Below are positions 8,682-17,455 of a DNA stretch of 51,911 nucleotides, piece after piece (position 1 is the stretch's first letter; each line of letters opens with the position of its first letter). Position numbers and translations under genes: made by a program. The notes below the pieces were generated by a model that searched no databases, was not told the DNA's origin, and worked only from the letters and a program-made list of their open reading frames with translations. Source of the DNA: an uncultured Candidatus Saccharibacteria bacterium (GTDB taxonomy: Bacteria; Patescibacteriota; Minisyncoccia; Minisyncoccales; JANBVM01). Where the stretch lies: contig CAYSZX010000003.1 of NCBI GenBank assembly GCA_964435835.1, forward strand, positions 1 to 51,911, read 5' to 3'.

Positions 8682-10223
8682 ATGGACAAATTAATTATAG
8701 GTAGTCATAATTTAACTATTGATGATGTTGTGAATGTTGCAAGAGACAAAGATATTATAATCGTGCTCTCAGAAAAAGCTATTGAACAGGTTAGACGAGG
8801 GCGTTCCTTCGTGGAACAGAATGTTAAGGAAGGAGAAGTTATTTATGGTGTTACTACAGGTTTCGGAAAATTCCAAGACAAAAAAATCCCTTTAGATAAA
8901 GCCAAGGAACTTCAACATAATCTTATCAAGAGTCATTCAGTAGGGGCTGGTGATCCTTTACCGGAAGATGTTGTTAGAGCAGCAATGATTATTGTTGTGA
9001 ATTCTCTTTCAAAGGGTTATTCAGGAGTTAGAGTGAAGGTTGTAAAGAAAATTGTTGAATTGCTTAACAAAAACATCTACCCTTATGTTCCTGAACAAGG
9101 CTCGGTTGGAGCTAGTGGTGATTTAGCTCCCTTGGCTCATATCGCTCTTGTTCTTACTGGAGAGGGAGAAGTTCTAGTCCACCACAAAAGGCTTAAATCG
9201 ATTAAAGTTTTAAAGAAGGAGAAGATAAAACCTCTTTCTTTAAGTTATAAAGAGGGTTTAGCGCTTATTAATGGAACTGCTGTAATGAGTGGATTAGCAT
9301 GTCTGAATATTAATTATATGAAGAATCTTTTAAAGAGTGCGGACATTGCTTCTTCCCTAAGTCTAGAGGCGATGGAGGGATTAATGAGCCCTTTTGATGA
9401 GGATTTGAATAAATTAAGACCTCATCAAGGACAAATAAATACAGCGTTAAATATAAAAAGAATATGTCAAGGAAGTGGATTGGTTTATTGGGATAAACAT
9501 CCAAAAAAAGTTCAGGATTCTTATTCGCTTAGATGTATTCCTCAAGTTCATGGAGCCCATAAGGACGCATTAAATAAGATTAAATCTTGGATGTCTACAG
9601 AGATTAACTCTGTTACTGATAACCCTTTAATTTTCTCTAAAAAAGATAAGGTTATTTCAGGGGGTAATTTCCATGGGCAGCCTGTGTCCTTGGCTATGGA
9701 TTTTTTAGGCATAGCTACTGCTGATTTATCAAATATTTCTGAAAGAAGAACAGCTAAAATGGTAGATGCAGACAATAATGAAGGACTACCAGCTTTCTTG
9801 ATATCTGAGAAGAGAGCTGGATTAGATAGTGGCTTCATGATAATGCAATATACTGCTGCCGCTCTCGTCGCGGAAAACAAAGCATTAGCTCATCCGGTGT
9901 CAGTTGATTCTATACCGACCTCTGCTAATAAGGAAGATCATGTGAGTTTTGGCACTATTGCTGCTCGCAAGTGCCGAGAAATAATTCAAAATTCTATCAA
10001 TGTAGTAGCAATAGAACTATTAAGTGCAGCACAAGGATGTGATTTTAGGGAAACCAAGAAACTTGGGAAAGGAAGCAAGGTTGCTTATGAATTAATTCGA
10101 AGTAAGGTCAAAAAAGTAGAAAAAGACAGAGTTTTATATACTGATATGGAAAAGATTAACAAAATTATTAAAAATGGGGAGCTTGTTACTAAAGTAGAAA
10201 AATCAATTGGAGAACTAAAATAA
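8682..10223 (+). CDS. hutH: Histidine ammonia-lyase
   Basis: YGVTTGFG, LIKSHSVG (His-type SH), MIO-forming GASGDLAPLAH, KEGLALINGT, QDSYSLRCIPQVHG, SGGNFHG, EDHVS. Confidence 0.95.
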   Translation: MDKLIIGSHNLTIDDVVNVARDKDIIIVLSEKAIEQVRRGRSFVEQNVKEGEVIYGVTTGFGKFQDKKIPLDKAKELQHNLIKSHSVGAGDPLPEDVVRAAMIIVVNSLSKGYSGVRVKVVKKIVELLNKNIYPYVPEQGSVGASGDLAPLAHIALVLTGEGEVLVHHKRLKSIKVLKKEKIKPLSLSYKEGLALINGTAVMSGLACLNINYMKNLLKSADIASSLSLEAMEGLMSPFDEDLNKLRPHQGQINTALNIKRICQGSGLVYWDKHPKKVQDSYSLRCIPQVHGAHKDALNKIKSWMSTEINSVTDNPLIFSKKDKVISGGNFHGQPVSLAMDFLGIATADLSNISERRTAKMVDADNNEGLPAFLISEKRAGLDSGFMIMQYTAAALVAENKALAHPVSVDSIPTSANKEDHVSFGTIAARKCREIIQNSINVVAIELLSAAQGCDFRETKKLGKGSKVAYELIRSKVKKVEKDRVLYTDMEKINKIIKNGELVTKVEKSIGELK

Positions 10224-10539
10224 ATTAATAAAGAAAACATCATTCTTAAAAGGGTTTTTAATCAAAAAGAAAAAGCTCTGTTTTTTTTAAAAGTATTTCA
10301 AGCTTTATCAGTTGAGAAAAAATCTGATTGAAACAATTTTTTTGATAATTTAAGAAAATGTAAGCTTGATTTTGGTTAAAGCTGCTATCTTTTTCTGTTC
10401 GGTTTTTTCTAAGGCTAGAAGTTTCTTAATTCAGCAAGACCACTTATTGTAAAAATACATTTTTTCTTTTATGACTCTATTGGCTAGAATTATTTTCATA
10501 GTTTTTCCATTTATGATTTAAATTTGGATAAGCAGGAAT

Positions 10540-10772
10540 AATAAGGTAATATTACTTTAAACTAAAATTGAAATGTTGAAATCTTTAATTAATTACAAGA
10601 CAAAATCAGTTAATAAATCAGCAGGAATTTTAACGGTTTCTGCTGTTGTTAGTAAAATACTGGGAATAGTTAGAGATTGGCTTTTGGCTAAGAATTTTGG
10701 GGCAGGAAGCGAACTTGATGTTTATTTTACTGCTTTTAAGATTCCGGATTTTATTTACAATATTTTGATTTT
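10540..10772 (+). repeat. Direct repeat copy 2: murJ 5' region
   Basis: Matches 11-245. Confidence 0.95.
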
Positions 10773-12201
10773 GGGAGGAATGTTGGTTTCTTTTTTGCCT
10801 TTATTCTCTGAATATTTTTCTAAGAATAAAGAACTAGCTTGGAAGTTTACTTCAAACCTTTTAAATATTTTTATTGTTTCTTTAATAACTTTAAGTTTTA
10901 TTCTTTTCTTTTTTACGCCATCCTTAATAGATATTATTGCTCCTGGGTTTAGTTATCAGCAAACGGAACAGGCAATTACTTTAACTCGAATAATGTTATT
11001 GAGCCCTATTTTCTTTGGGTTAAGTTCTATTTTTTCTGGAATTTTACAATATTTTAATAAATTTTTTATTTATAGTTTATGTCCTGTTATCTATAATTTA
11101 GGGATTATTTTTGGAATCTTATTTCTATCTCCTAAAATGGGAATCTTAGGAGTTGTATTAGGAGTTGTTTTTGGAACTTTTCTGCATTTTGTTATTCAGA
11201 TTCCTTCTGTTATTGACTGCGGTTTTCAATATAAGGCTGTTTTTGATTTAGATAATTATAAGATTAATAAAGTTTTTTCTTTAATGTTGCCAAGAATGTT
11301 TGGAGTTTCTGCTCAGCAAATAAATTTAATTATTACTAATGCTATTGCTTCTACTTTAGCTGAAGGTTCAATTACTATTTTTAATTTTGCCAATAATATT
11401 CAATATTTTCCTGTAGGGATTATCGGAGTTCCTTTTGCGGTTGCTGCTTTTCCGACTTTGTCTAAAAACTTGGCTGAAAATAATAAAGAGAGGTTTATAG
11501 ATAATTTTTCAAAAATATTTAATCAGATTGTTTATTTAACTCTTCCGGCTACTGTTTTTATTTTTATCTTAAGAGAAGAAATAGTTGGAATTCTTTTACA
11601 GCACGGATTATTTTCTCCTTTGTCGGCTAAGCTTTCTTCATCTAGTTTAGGCTTGTTTTGCTTAGGAATTCTTGCTTCTGCTTTAATTCCTTTATTATTT
11701 AGAGCTTTCTTTGCTTTGCAAGATACAAAAACTCCAACTCTAATTGCTCTTTTTTCGATGGCAGTTAATATTGTTTTGAGTTTTCTGTTTACTAAAGAGT
11801 GGTTTTACCTTCATCAAAAATTACGAAATATTTTTTCTTTTCTCCGAACAGCTGATATCGCTGTTTTAGGTTTACCTTTAGCTTTTTCTGTGGCTGTTAT
11901 CCTTCAACTTGTTTTAATGATTCTTTTTTTAAAAAATAAGTTTAAAGAAATTGATTTTGAAAAAATTGGTACTAACTTCTTAAAGGTTTTATTTTCTAGT
12001 CTTGTTTTGTTTTTTTCAAGTTATGTATTAAAATTTCTAGTTAGTGAGATTTTTACTACTCAATCCTTGTTTTTAGATTTCTTTCAAGTTTTTATAATAG
12101 GAACGATCGGTTCTTTGATTTATTTATTAGTTACTCTTATTTTATCTGTTTCTTCAACGGATTTAATTTTGGCTAAAATATTTAAAAATGCAAAAAATTA
12201 A
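10573..12201 (+). CDS. murJ: Lipid II flippase MurJ (MviN)
   Basis: SKILG.VRD, FGAG.ELD.YFTAFKIPD, FLPLFS, RAFFALQDTKTP; many TM helices. Confidence 0.95.
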   Translation: MLKSLINYKTKSVNKSAGILTVSAVVSKILGIVRDWLLAKNFGAGSELDVYFTAFKIPDFIYNILILGGMLVSFLPLFSEYFSKNKELAWKFTSNLLNIFIVSLITLSFILFFFTPSLIDIIAPGFSYQQTEQAITLTRIMLLSPIFFGLSSIFSGILQYFNKFFIYSLCPVIYNLGIIFGILFLSPKMGILGVVLGVVFGTFLHFVIQIPSVIDCGFQYKAVFDLDNYKINKVFSLMLPRMFGVSAQQINLIITNAIASTLAEGSITIFNFANNIQYFPVGIIGVPFAVAAFPTLSKNLAENNKERFIDNFSKIFNQIVYLTLPATVFIFILREEIVGILLQHGLFSPLSAKLSSSSLGLFCLGILASALIPLLFRAFFALQDTKTPTLIALFSMAVNIVLSFLFTKEWFYLHQKLRNIFSFLRTADIAVLGLPLAFSVAVILQLVLMILFLKNKFKEIDFEKIGTNFLKVLFSSLVLFFSSYVLKFLVSEIFTTQSLFLDFFQVFIIGTIGSLIYLLVTLILSVSSTDLILAKIFKNAKN

Positions 12202-13972
12202 AAACTTTGTCATTATTAGTCACATAGATCACGGTAAGTCAACTTTGGCTGATCGTTTTTTGGAATTAACTAAGACAATCAGCGAAAAGAAAATGCGTTC
12301 TAGGTTTTTAGATATGATGGACTTAGAAAGAGAAAAGGGGATTACCATTAAAATGAGACCAGTGAGAATGCATTGGGAACATGAAGGGCAAGACTACATG
12401 TTAAATTTAATAGATACTCCTGGTCATGTTGATTTTAGTTATGAAGTTTCGAGAAGTTTGGTTGCTGTAGAAGGAGGGATTTTACTAGTTGATGCTGTTA
12501 AGGGTGTTCAGGCTCAGACTTTAGCTAATTTACATTTAGCAAAGAAGCAAGGATTGGTTATTGTTCCTGCAGTGAACAAGATTGATTTATCTAATGCTAA
12601 GGTTGAAGAAACTAAAGAAGAAATCGAAGAATTGTTAGATATCCCTAAAGATAGAATTCTTGCTATTTCTGCAAAGGAAGGAACTAATGTTGAAAAACTT
12701 TTGAAGGCTGCCATTGAAAGAATTCCTTCTCCTGAAATCAGCAAGAAAGATTCTTTTAAATCATTGATTTTTGATTCAGAATACGATTCTTATCAGGGAG
12801 TAATTATTCATTTACGAGTTTTTGATGGAAAAGTTAAACCAGGAGATAAGGTTCGTTTAATGCAAGCTGATATTGAAGGGCAAGTTAAAGAAGTTGGTTA
12901 CTTTTCTCCTAATTTAAAAAAGTGTGAGGAATTGAAAGCGGGAGAAATAGGTTATATTACTATAGGCTTAAAAGAACCTACTCAGGTTAGAGTCGGTGAT
13001 ACAATAGTTCAAGCTGATGATAAGCAAGCAAAGCCTTTAGCCGGGTACAAAGAGCCAAAACCAATGGTTTTTGCTTCTATTTATCCTAAAAATCCTAGTG
13101 ATTTAGATAATTTAAGAAATGCTTTGAATAAATTAAAACTTAATGATGCCTCCTTAGTTTTTGAAGGAGAATCCAAGGAATTTTTAGGAAGAGGATTTCG
13201 GTGCGGATTTCTAGGTTCTTTACATGCAGAAATTGTTTGTGAAAGACTAAAAAGAGAATTTGATTTAGATTTAATTATTTCTTCTCCTTCTGCTGTCTAT
13301 AAAATTATTAATCAACAAGGAGAAGAAGAATTTGTTTATTCTGCTTCTGATTGGCCTAATCAAAGCTTAATTAAAGAAGTACAGGAACGATGGGTTAAAT
13401 TAGAGATAATGACTCCAATTGATTATTTAGGCAATATATCTACTTTGTTAGATAATTTAAATGCACAACACGCCAATACTAAATATTTAAACCCCGAAAG
13501 AGTATCTTTGACTTACGAGGTTCCTTTAAGAAAAATAGTTGTTGGCTTTTTTGATAATTTAAAAAGTGTTAGTCAGGGCTTTGCTTCTATGAATTATGAG
13601 ATATTAGATTATAGGCCTGGTAATTTAGTTAAACTTGATATCTTAATTGCTGGGAGGAAAGAAGATGCTTTTTCAAGAATTGTTGAAGAAGATAATGCCT
13701 ATGAAGCAGGGAGAAGAATAGTGAATAAATTGAAGAATCTGATTCCTCCTCAAATGTTTAAAGTTCCTGTTCAGGCTGCAATTTCTGGTAAAATAATAGC
13801 TAGAGCTACTATTAAAGCTCATCGAAAAGATGTTACAGCAAAACTTTATGGCGGTGATGTAACTAGGAAAATGAAATTACTGGAACAGCAAAAGGAAGGA
13901 AAGGGTAGACTAAGAGAAAAAGGGAGAGTTAATATTCCCCCTGAAGTTTTCCTTAAAATGTTTAAGGATTAA
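12188..13972 (+). CDS. lepA: Elongation factor 4
   Basis: HIDHGKSTLADR, EREKGITIK, DTPGHVDF, GFRCGFLG, RKDVTAKLYGGD. Confidence 0.98.
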   Translation: MQKIKNFVIISHIDHGKSTLADRFLELTKTISEKKMRSRFLDMMDLEREKGITIKMRPVRMHWEHEGQDYMLNLIDTPGHVDFSYEVSRSLVAVEGGILLVDAVKGVQAQTLANLHLAKKQGLVIVPAVNKIDLSNAKVEETKEEIEELLDIPKDRILAISAKEGTNVEKLLKAAIERIPSPEISKKDSFKSLIFDSEYDSYQGVIIHLRVFDGKVKPGDKVRLMQADIEGQVKEVGYFSPNLKKCEELKAGEIGYITIGLKEPTQVRVGDTIVQADDKQAKPLAGYKEPKPMVFASIYPKNPSDLDNLRNALNKLKLNDASLVFEGESKEFLGRGFRCGFLGSLHAEIVCERLKREFDLDLIISSPSAVYKIINQQGEEEFVYSASDWPNQSLIKEVQERWVKLEIMTPIDYLGNISTLLDNLNAQHANTKYLNPERVSLTYEVPLRKIVVGFFDNLKSVSQGFASMNYEILDYRPGNLVKLDILIAGRKEDAFSRIVEEDNAYEAGRRIVNKLKNLIPPQMFKVPVQAAISGKIIARATIKAHRKDVTAKLYGGDVTRKMKLLEQQKEGKGRLREKGRVNIPPEVFLKMFKD

Positions 13973-13973
13973 A

Positions 13974-14081
13974 TTATCTGAATAATGGTGCAACCAAAAG
14001 AAGGATCATACTTAGGGCTACAATAGAAACCAGAGTTATCCAGACAGCGTTCATTATTTTTTCTTTTTTAGACTTTTTCAT
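13974..14081 (-). CDS. Small single-TM membrane protein (35 aa), not in ORF track
   Basis: MKKSKKEKIMNAVWITLVSIVALSMILLLVAPLFR*: basic N-terminus plus one hydrophobic helix, filling the lepA-ftsB gap. Confidence 0.65.
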   Translation of the reverse strand: MKKSKKEKIMNAVWITLVSIVALSMILLLVAPLFR

Positions 14082-14106
14082 ATTTTTACAGTATATTATT
14101 TAATGT

Positions 14107-14502
14107 ATGGTAGCAAAAAAAGAAGAAAATAAAAAATTCAATAAAGATAAGTTTGTGGAAATAATATTTTTTATAATTAGTCTTTCTATTTTTTGCGTTT
14201 TGCTTTTTTCTAATATTAAAATTGCTAGAGAAAGATTGTCTTTAATCGAAAAGGTAGAATCCTTAAGCCAAAAGGTGGAATTTTTAGAAGATCAAAAAGA
14301 AATGTTGAAAGCAAGAATTTCAGATGCTGAAACCGGTGATTATTGGGAAGAAGTCATGAGAGAACAAGGTTATGTTAGAGAAGGAGAAGAATCAGTAGTT
14401 ATTCTTTCTCCCGAAAAAAGAGAATCTTCTGTAGAAGAAGAAAAGTACTTTTTTCAGGATTTTTGGGAAAGAATTAGAAAGCTTTTTGTTTGGCCCGAGT
14501 AA
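14107..14502 (+). CDS. Septum formation initiator family (FtsB/DivIC)
   Basis: One TM helix, coiled coil, E...RE.GYVREGE..V motif. Confidence 0.75.
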   Translation: MVAKKEENKKFNKDKFVEIIFFIISLSIFCVLLFSNIKIARERLSLIEKVESLSQKVEFLEDQKEMLKARISDAETGDYWEEVMREQGYVREGEESVVILSPEKRESSVEEEKYFFQDFWERIRKLFVWPE

Positions 14503-14577
14503 GCGAGTGTCGTATAACGGCTATTACACGACCTTCCCAAGGTTGAGACGAGGGTTCAATTCCCTTCACTCGCTCCA
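14503..14577 (+). tRNA. tRNA-Gly(CCC)
   Basis: Acceptor GCGAGTG/CACTCGC, discriminator T, encoded CCA; anticodon loop TTCCCAA. Confidence 0.95.
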
Positions 14578-14649
14578 GCCAGTATAGCTCAGGGGTAGAG
14601 CAGGGCTTTCGTAAAGCTCAGGTCGTTGGTTCAATTCCAACTGCTGGCT
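14578..14649 (+). tRNA. tRNA-Thr(CGT)
   Basis: Acceptor GCCAGTA/TGCTGGC; anticodon loop TTCGTAA; T loop TTCAATT. Confidence 0.95.
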
Positions 14650-14702
14650 CATTCATTATTTTTATGTTATAATATGAAAGATAATAAAAATTAAGTTAAA
14701 AT

Positions 14703-14936
14703 ATGTTTGAAAAAAAGTTGTCAAAAGAGAATCCGAAGAAAAAGATTGAAAAAGATTTAGCTCAAGGTAATATAAAGTATACGGAGAAGATGCTTAAGAG
14801 AATTAACCAACATATTAAGCAGCTAGAAAATAAAGAGGAAATTTCTGAGAAAGAAGAAATAGCTTTGGAAAGATTAGAAGAAATGAAAGATGAAATGTTA
14901 AAAAGTCGTGAATTAAGTAAAAAGAAATCAATTTAA
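14703..14936 (+). CDS. Hypothetical K/E-rich protein
   Basis: 77-aa ORF, helical charged composition; TGTTATAAT extended -10 upstream. Confidence 0.6.
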   Translation: MFEKKLSKENPKKKIEKDLAQGNIKYTEKMLKRINQHIKQLENKEEISEKEEIALERLEEMKDEMLKSRELSKKKSI

Positions 14937-14985
14937 ATTAAAAATCCTGAAATGGTAAATTATTAAATTTTGTAAAAAATATAAA

Positions 14986-15267
14986 ATGAACGAGAAAAAA
15001 TTTGGTCAAGAAAAAAATAATAAAAAGGAAAAAGAAAAGATAAACGTAAGAGAAAAGTTTATTGATAAATATTTTGATGAAATTAATTTTTCAAAAGAAA
15101 AGGAAAGGAAGGTTATTGCTACCACCAGTTATTTAGAGGCTTTGAAAGCTGTAAAGAAAACAGAGGAACCTACTAAAGACATAGAGGCTTTGATTAATAA
15201 AGCGGATCCTGAAATCATTAAAGAGGCTAAGAAATTTATAAAAGCCTGTCAAAAAGAAGGAATATAA
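14986..15267 (+). CDS. Hypothetical K/E-rich protein
   Basis: 93-aa ORF; similarity to the next ORF. Confidence 0.6.
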   Translation: MNEKKFGQEKNNKKEKEKINVREKFIDKYFDEINFSKEKERKVIATTSYLEALKAVKKTEEPTKDIEALINKADPEIIKEAKKFIKACQKEGI

Positions 15268-15304
15268 AATTGTTTTTTAAAGAGATAAAAATTAATTTTA
15301 AAAT

Positions 15305-15595
15305 ATGTTCAAAAAAATAAAGCAAAAAATAGATAGAAAGATAGAAAAAGCTGGTGTGAAAGCGGAAGAGTTAGAAGAATTTCCTCAAAAAATTGTAAAT
15401 ATTGCTAGTTCTTTGAAGGCAATTAAACGGCTTGAGAAAGCTTTAGAAGAATCAAAAGAAGGTTCGGAAAAATATGAAAAAATAGAAAAGAATTTAGAAA
15501 GAGTGAAGAAAAGCATTGAAGATGCGTCTGAGAAAGAGATAGAAGAGGCTAAGGAATTTTTAGATAAAGCTAAAATTGTTTATCCAGAAGAATAA
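15305..15595 (+). CDS. Hypothetical K/E-rich protein
   Basis: 96-aa ORF; similarity to the previous ORF. Confidence 0.6.
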   Translation: MFKKIKQKIDRKIEKAGVKAEELEEFPQKIVNIASSLKAIKRLEKALEESKEGSEKYEKIEKNLERVKKSIEDASEKEIEEAKEFLDKAKIVYPEE

Positions 15596-15690
15596 ATTAA
15601 TGATTATTTAGAAAAATAAACTAAGCAATATTTTGGTATTGCTTTTTTTAATATTCATTTTTTATCTATTTTATTTTATAATTAATCTAA

Positions 15691-16759
15691 ATGGAAGATT
15701 TAGAAAAGAAAAAAGAATTATTAAAAAATAAACTCCTCGATCTCGAGGACTGTCTTTGACCTTGATAAGAAAAAGAAAGAATTTAAAAAATTAAAGAAGG
15801 CAATGAAAGATCCTAATTTATGGGATAATCAGAAAAGAGCAGTAAAGATTTCCAAGAGATTTAGTGAATTAGAAGAAGATTTGAATGATTTTGAGGAATT
15901 AAAATTAAGGATAGAATGTTTAGACAAAAATAGTAATATTGAAAAAATAGAGCAAGATTTAAAAGATAAAGAAAGAGAAACTTATTTTTCTGGTAAGTAT
16001 GACAAGGGGAATGCTATTTTATCACTTCATTCTGGAGCTGGAGGACAAGATGCTCAGGACTGGACAACAATGCTTTTGAGAATGTATAGAAAGTATTGTG
16101 AGAAAAAGGGATTTAAAAATAAGATTTTAAATCAATCTTTTGGAGAAACATCGGGAGAAACTAACAGAATTGGAATTAAATCCGCTACTTTAAAAATTGA
16201 AGGAAAGTTTGCATATGGTTATTTTAAAAACGAAAAAGGAGTGCATAGATTAGTGAGAATCTCTCCTTTCTCTGCTCAAGATCTTCGGCATACCTCTTTT
16301 GCTTTAGTAGATGTTCTTCCTGAAATTAAAGATTTATCTGAAGAGAATATTGAAATTAAACAAGAAGATTTAGTTATTGATACTTTTAAAGCTTCAGGAC
16401 CGGGAGGACAATACGTAAATAAAACAGAATCGGCGGTTAGAATAAAGCATAAACCAACTGGCATTGTAGCAACTTGCCAATCAGAAAGATCACAATTACA
16501 GAATAGAAAAAGAGCAATGGAGCTTCTTTCCTCTAGGCTTTATAGTTTTTACAAAGAAGAAAAAGAAAAAAGAGTTTCTGAAATTAAAGGAGATAAGATT
16601 TCAGCAAGTTGGGGAAATCAGGTCAGGAATTATGTTTTTCATCCTTATCAGTTAGTTAAAGATTTAAGAACAGGAATAGAAACATCTAAGGTAGAAAACG
16701 TTTTGGATGGCGAAATAGATGAATTTATTGAAGAAGAAGTTAAATTAAAAGATGATTAA
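15691..16759 (+). CDS. prfB: Peptide chain release factor 2, +1 programmed frameshift
   Basis: ATG 15691 reads MEDLEKKKELLKNKLLDLEDCL then CTT-TGA-C (15754-15760); the +1 frame joins the 15803 ORF; SPF and GGQ motifs. Confidence 0.95.
15745..15760 (+). promoter_or_regulatory. prfB frameshift signal (SD-like GAGGA plus CTTTGAC)
   Basis: GAGGAC-TGT-CTT-TGA-C matches the conserved RF2 autoregulatory site. Confidence 0.9.
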
Positions 16760-17453
16760 ATTTGAGAATGTAACAAAAAGGTATCCTGAAGATGATGATT
16801 CAAGAATTGAACCATCTTTGGCGCTAGATAATATTTCTTTTAAGGTTAACGAAAAAGAATTTGTTTCTATTGTTGGTAAATCAGGAGCTGGCAAGACCAC
16901 CTTGTTAAAGCTTTTAATTGCCCAGGAAAAACCTACTAGCGGAAAAGTTTTCTTTGAAGAAAAAGATGTTCATAAGCTTGAACCTGGAGAACTACCGGAA
17001 TTGCGAAGGAAAATAGGTTCTGTTTTTCAGGATTATAAATTAATTTTTTCTAAAACAGTTTATGAAAATGTAGCCTATGTTATGGAAGTAATAGGTTCTT
17101 CTGATAAAGAAATAAAAAGAGATGTTCCGCGAGTTTTGGAAATTGTTGGTTTGAGAGACAAGTTAAATAATTTACCGGCTGAGCTTTCAGGAGGAGAAAA
17201 ACAAAGAGTAGCTATTGCCCGTGCTTTGATTCATCGACCAAAGGTTATTTTAGCTGATGAACCTACTGGCAATCTTGACCCTTATCATACCTTTGAAATA
17301 ATTCAATTATTACTTAAGATAAATGATATAGGAACTACTGTTGTTTTATCTACCCACAATAAAGAAATTATTAATGATTTAGATAAAAGAGTGGTTACTT
17401 TAGATAATGGTAAACTTATCCGAGATGAAGAAAAAGGAAGGTTTACTCTTTAA
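16752..17453 (+). CDS. ftsE: Cell division ATP-binding protein FtsE
   Basis: GKSGAGKTT, VFQDYKL, LSGGEKQR, ADEPTGNLDP; precedes ftsX. Confidence 0.93.
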   Translation: MIKFENVTKRYPEDDDSRIEPSLALDNISFKVNEKEFVSIVGKSGAGKTTLLKLLIAQEKPTSGKVFFEEKDVHKLEPGELPELRRKIGSVFQDYKLIFSKTVYENVAYVMEVIGSSDKEIKRDVPRVLEIVGLRDKLNNLPAELSGGEKQRVAIARALIHRPKVILADEPTGNLDPYHTFEIIQLLLKINDIGTTVVLSTHNKEIINDLDKRVVTLDNGKLIRDEEKGRFTL

Positions 17454-17455
17454 TT

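Noticed and set aside
247..10539. Prophage, IS or integrative element with its own mobility genes
   Set aside because: No integrase, transposase or phage genes between the murJ repeats
10224..10539. Possible gene remnant on the minus strand between hutH and murJ
   Set aside because: Only short stop-interrupted frames with no recognisable family
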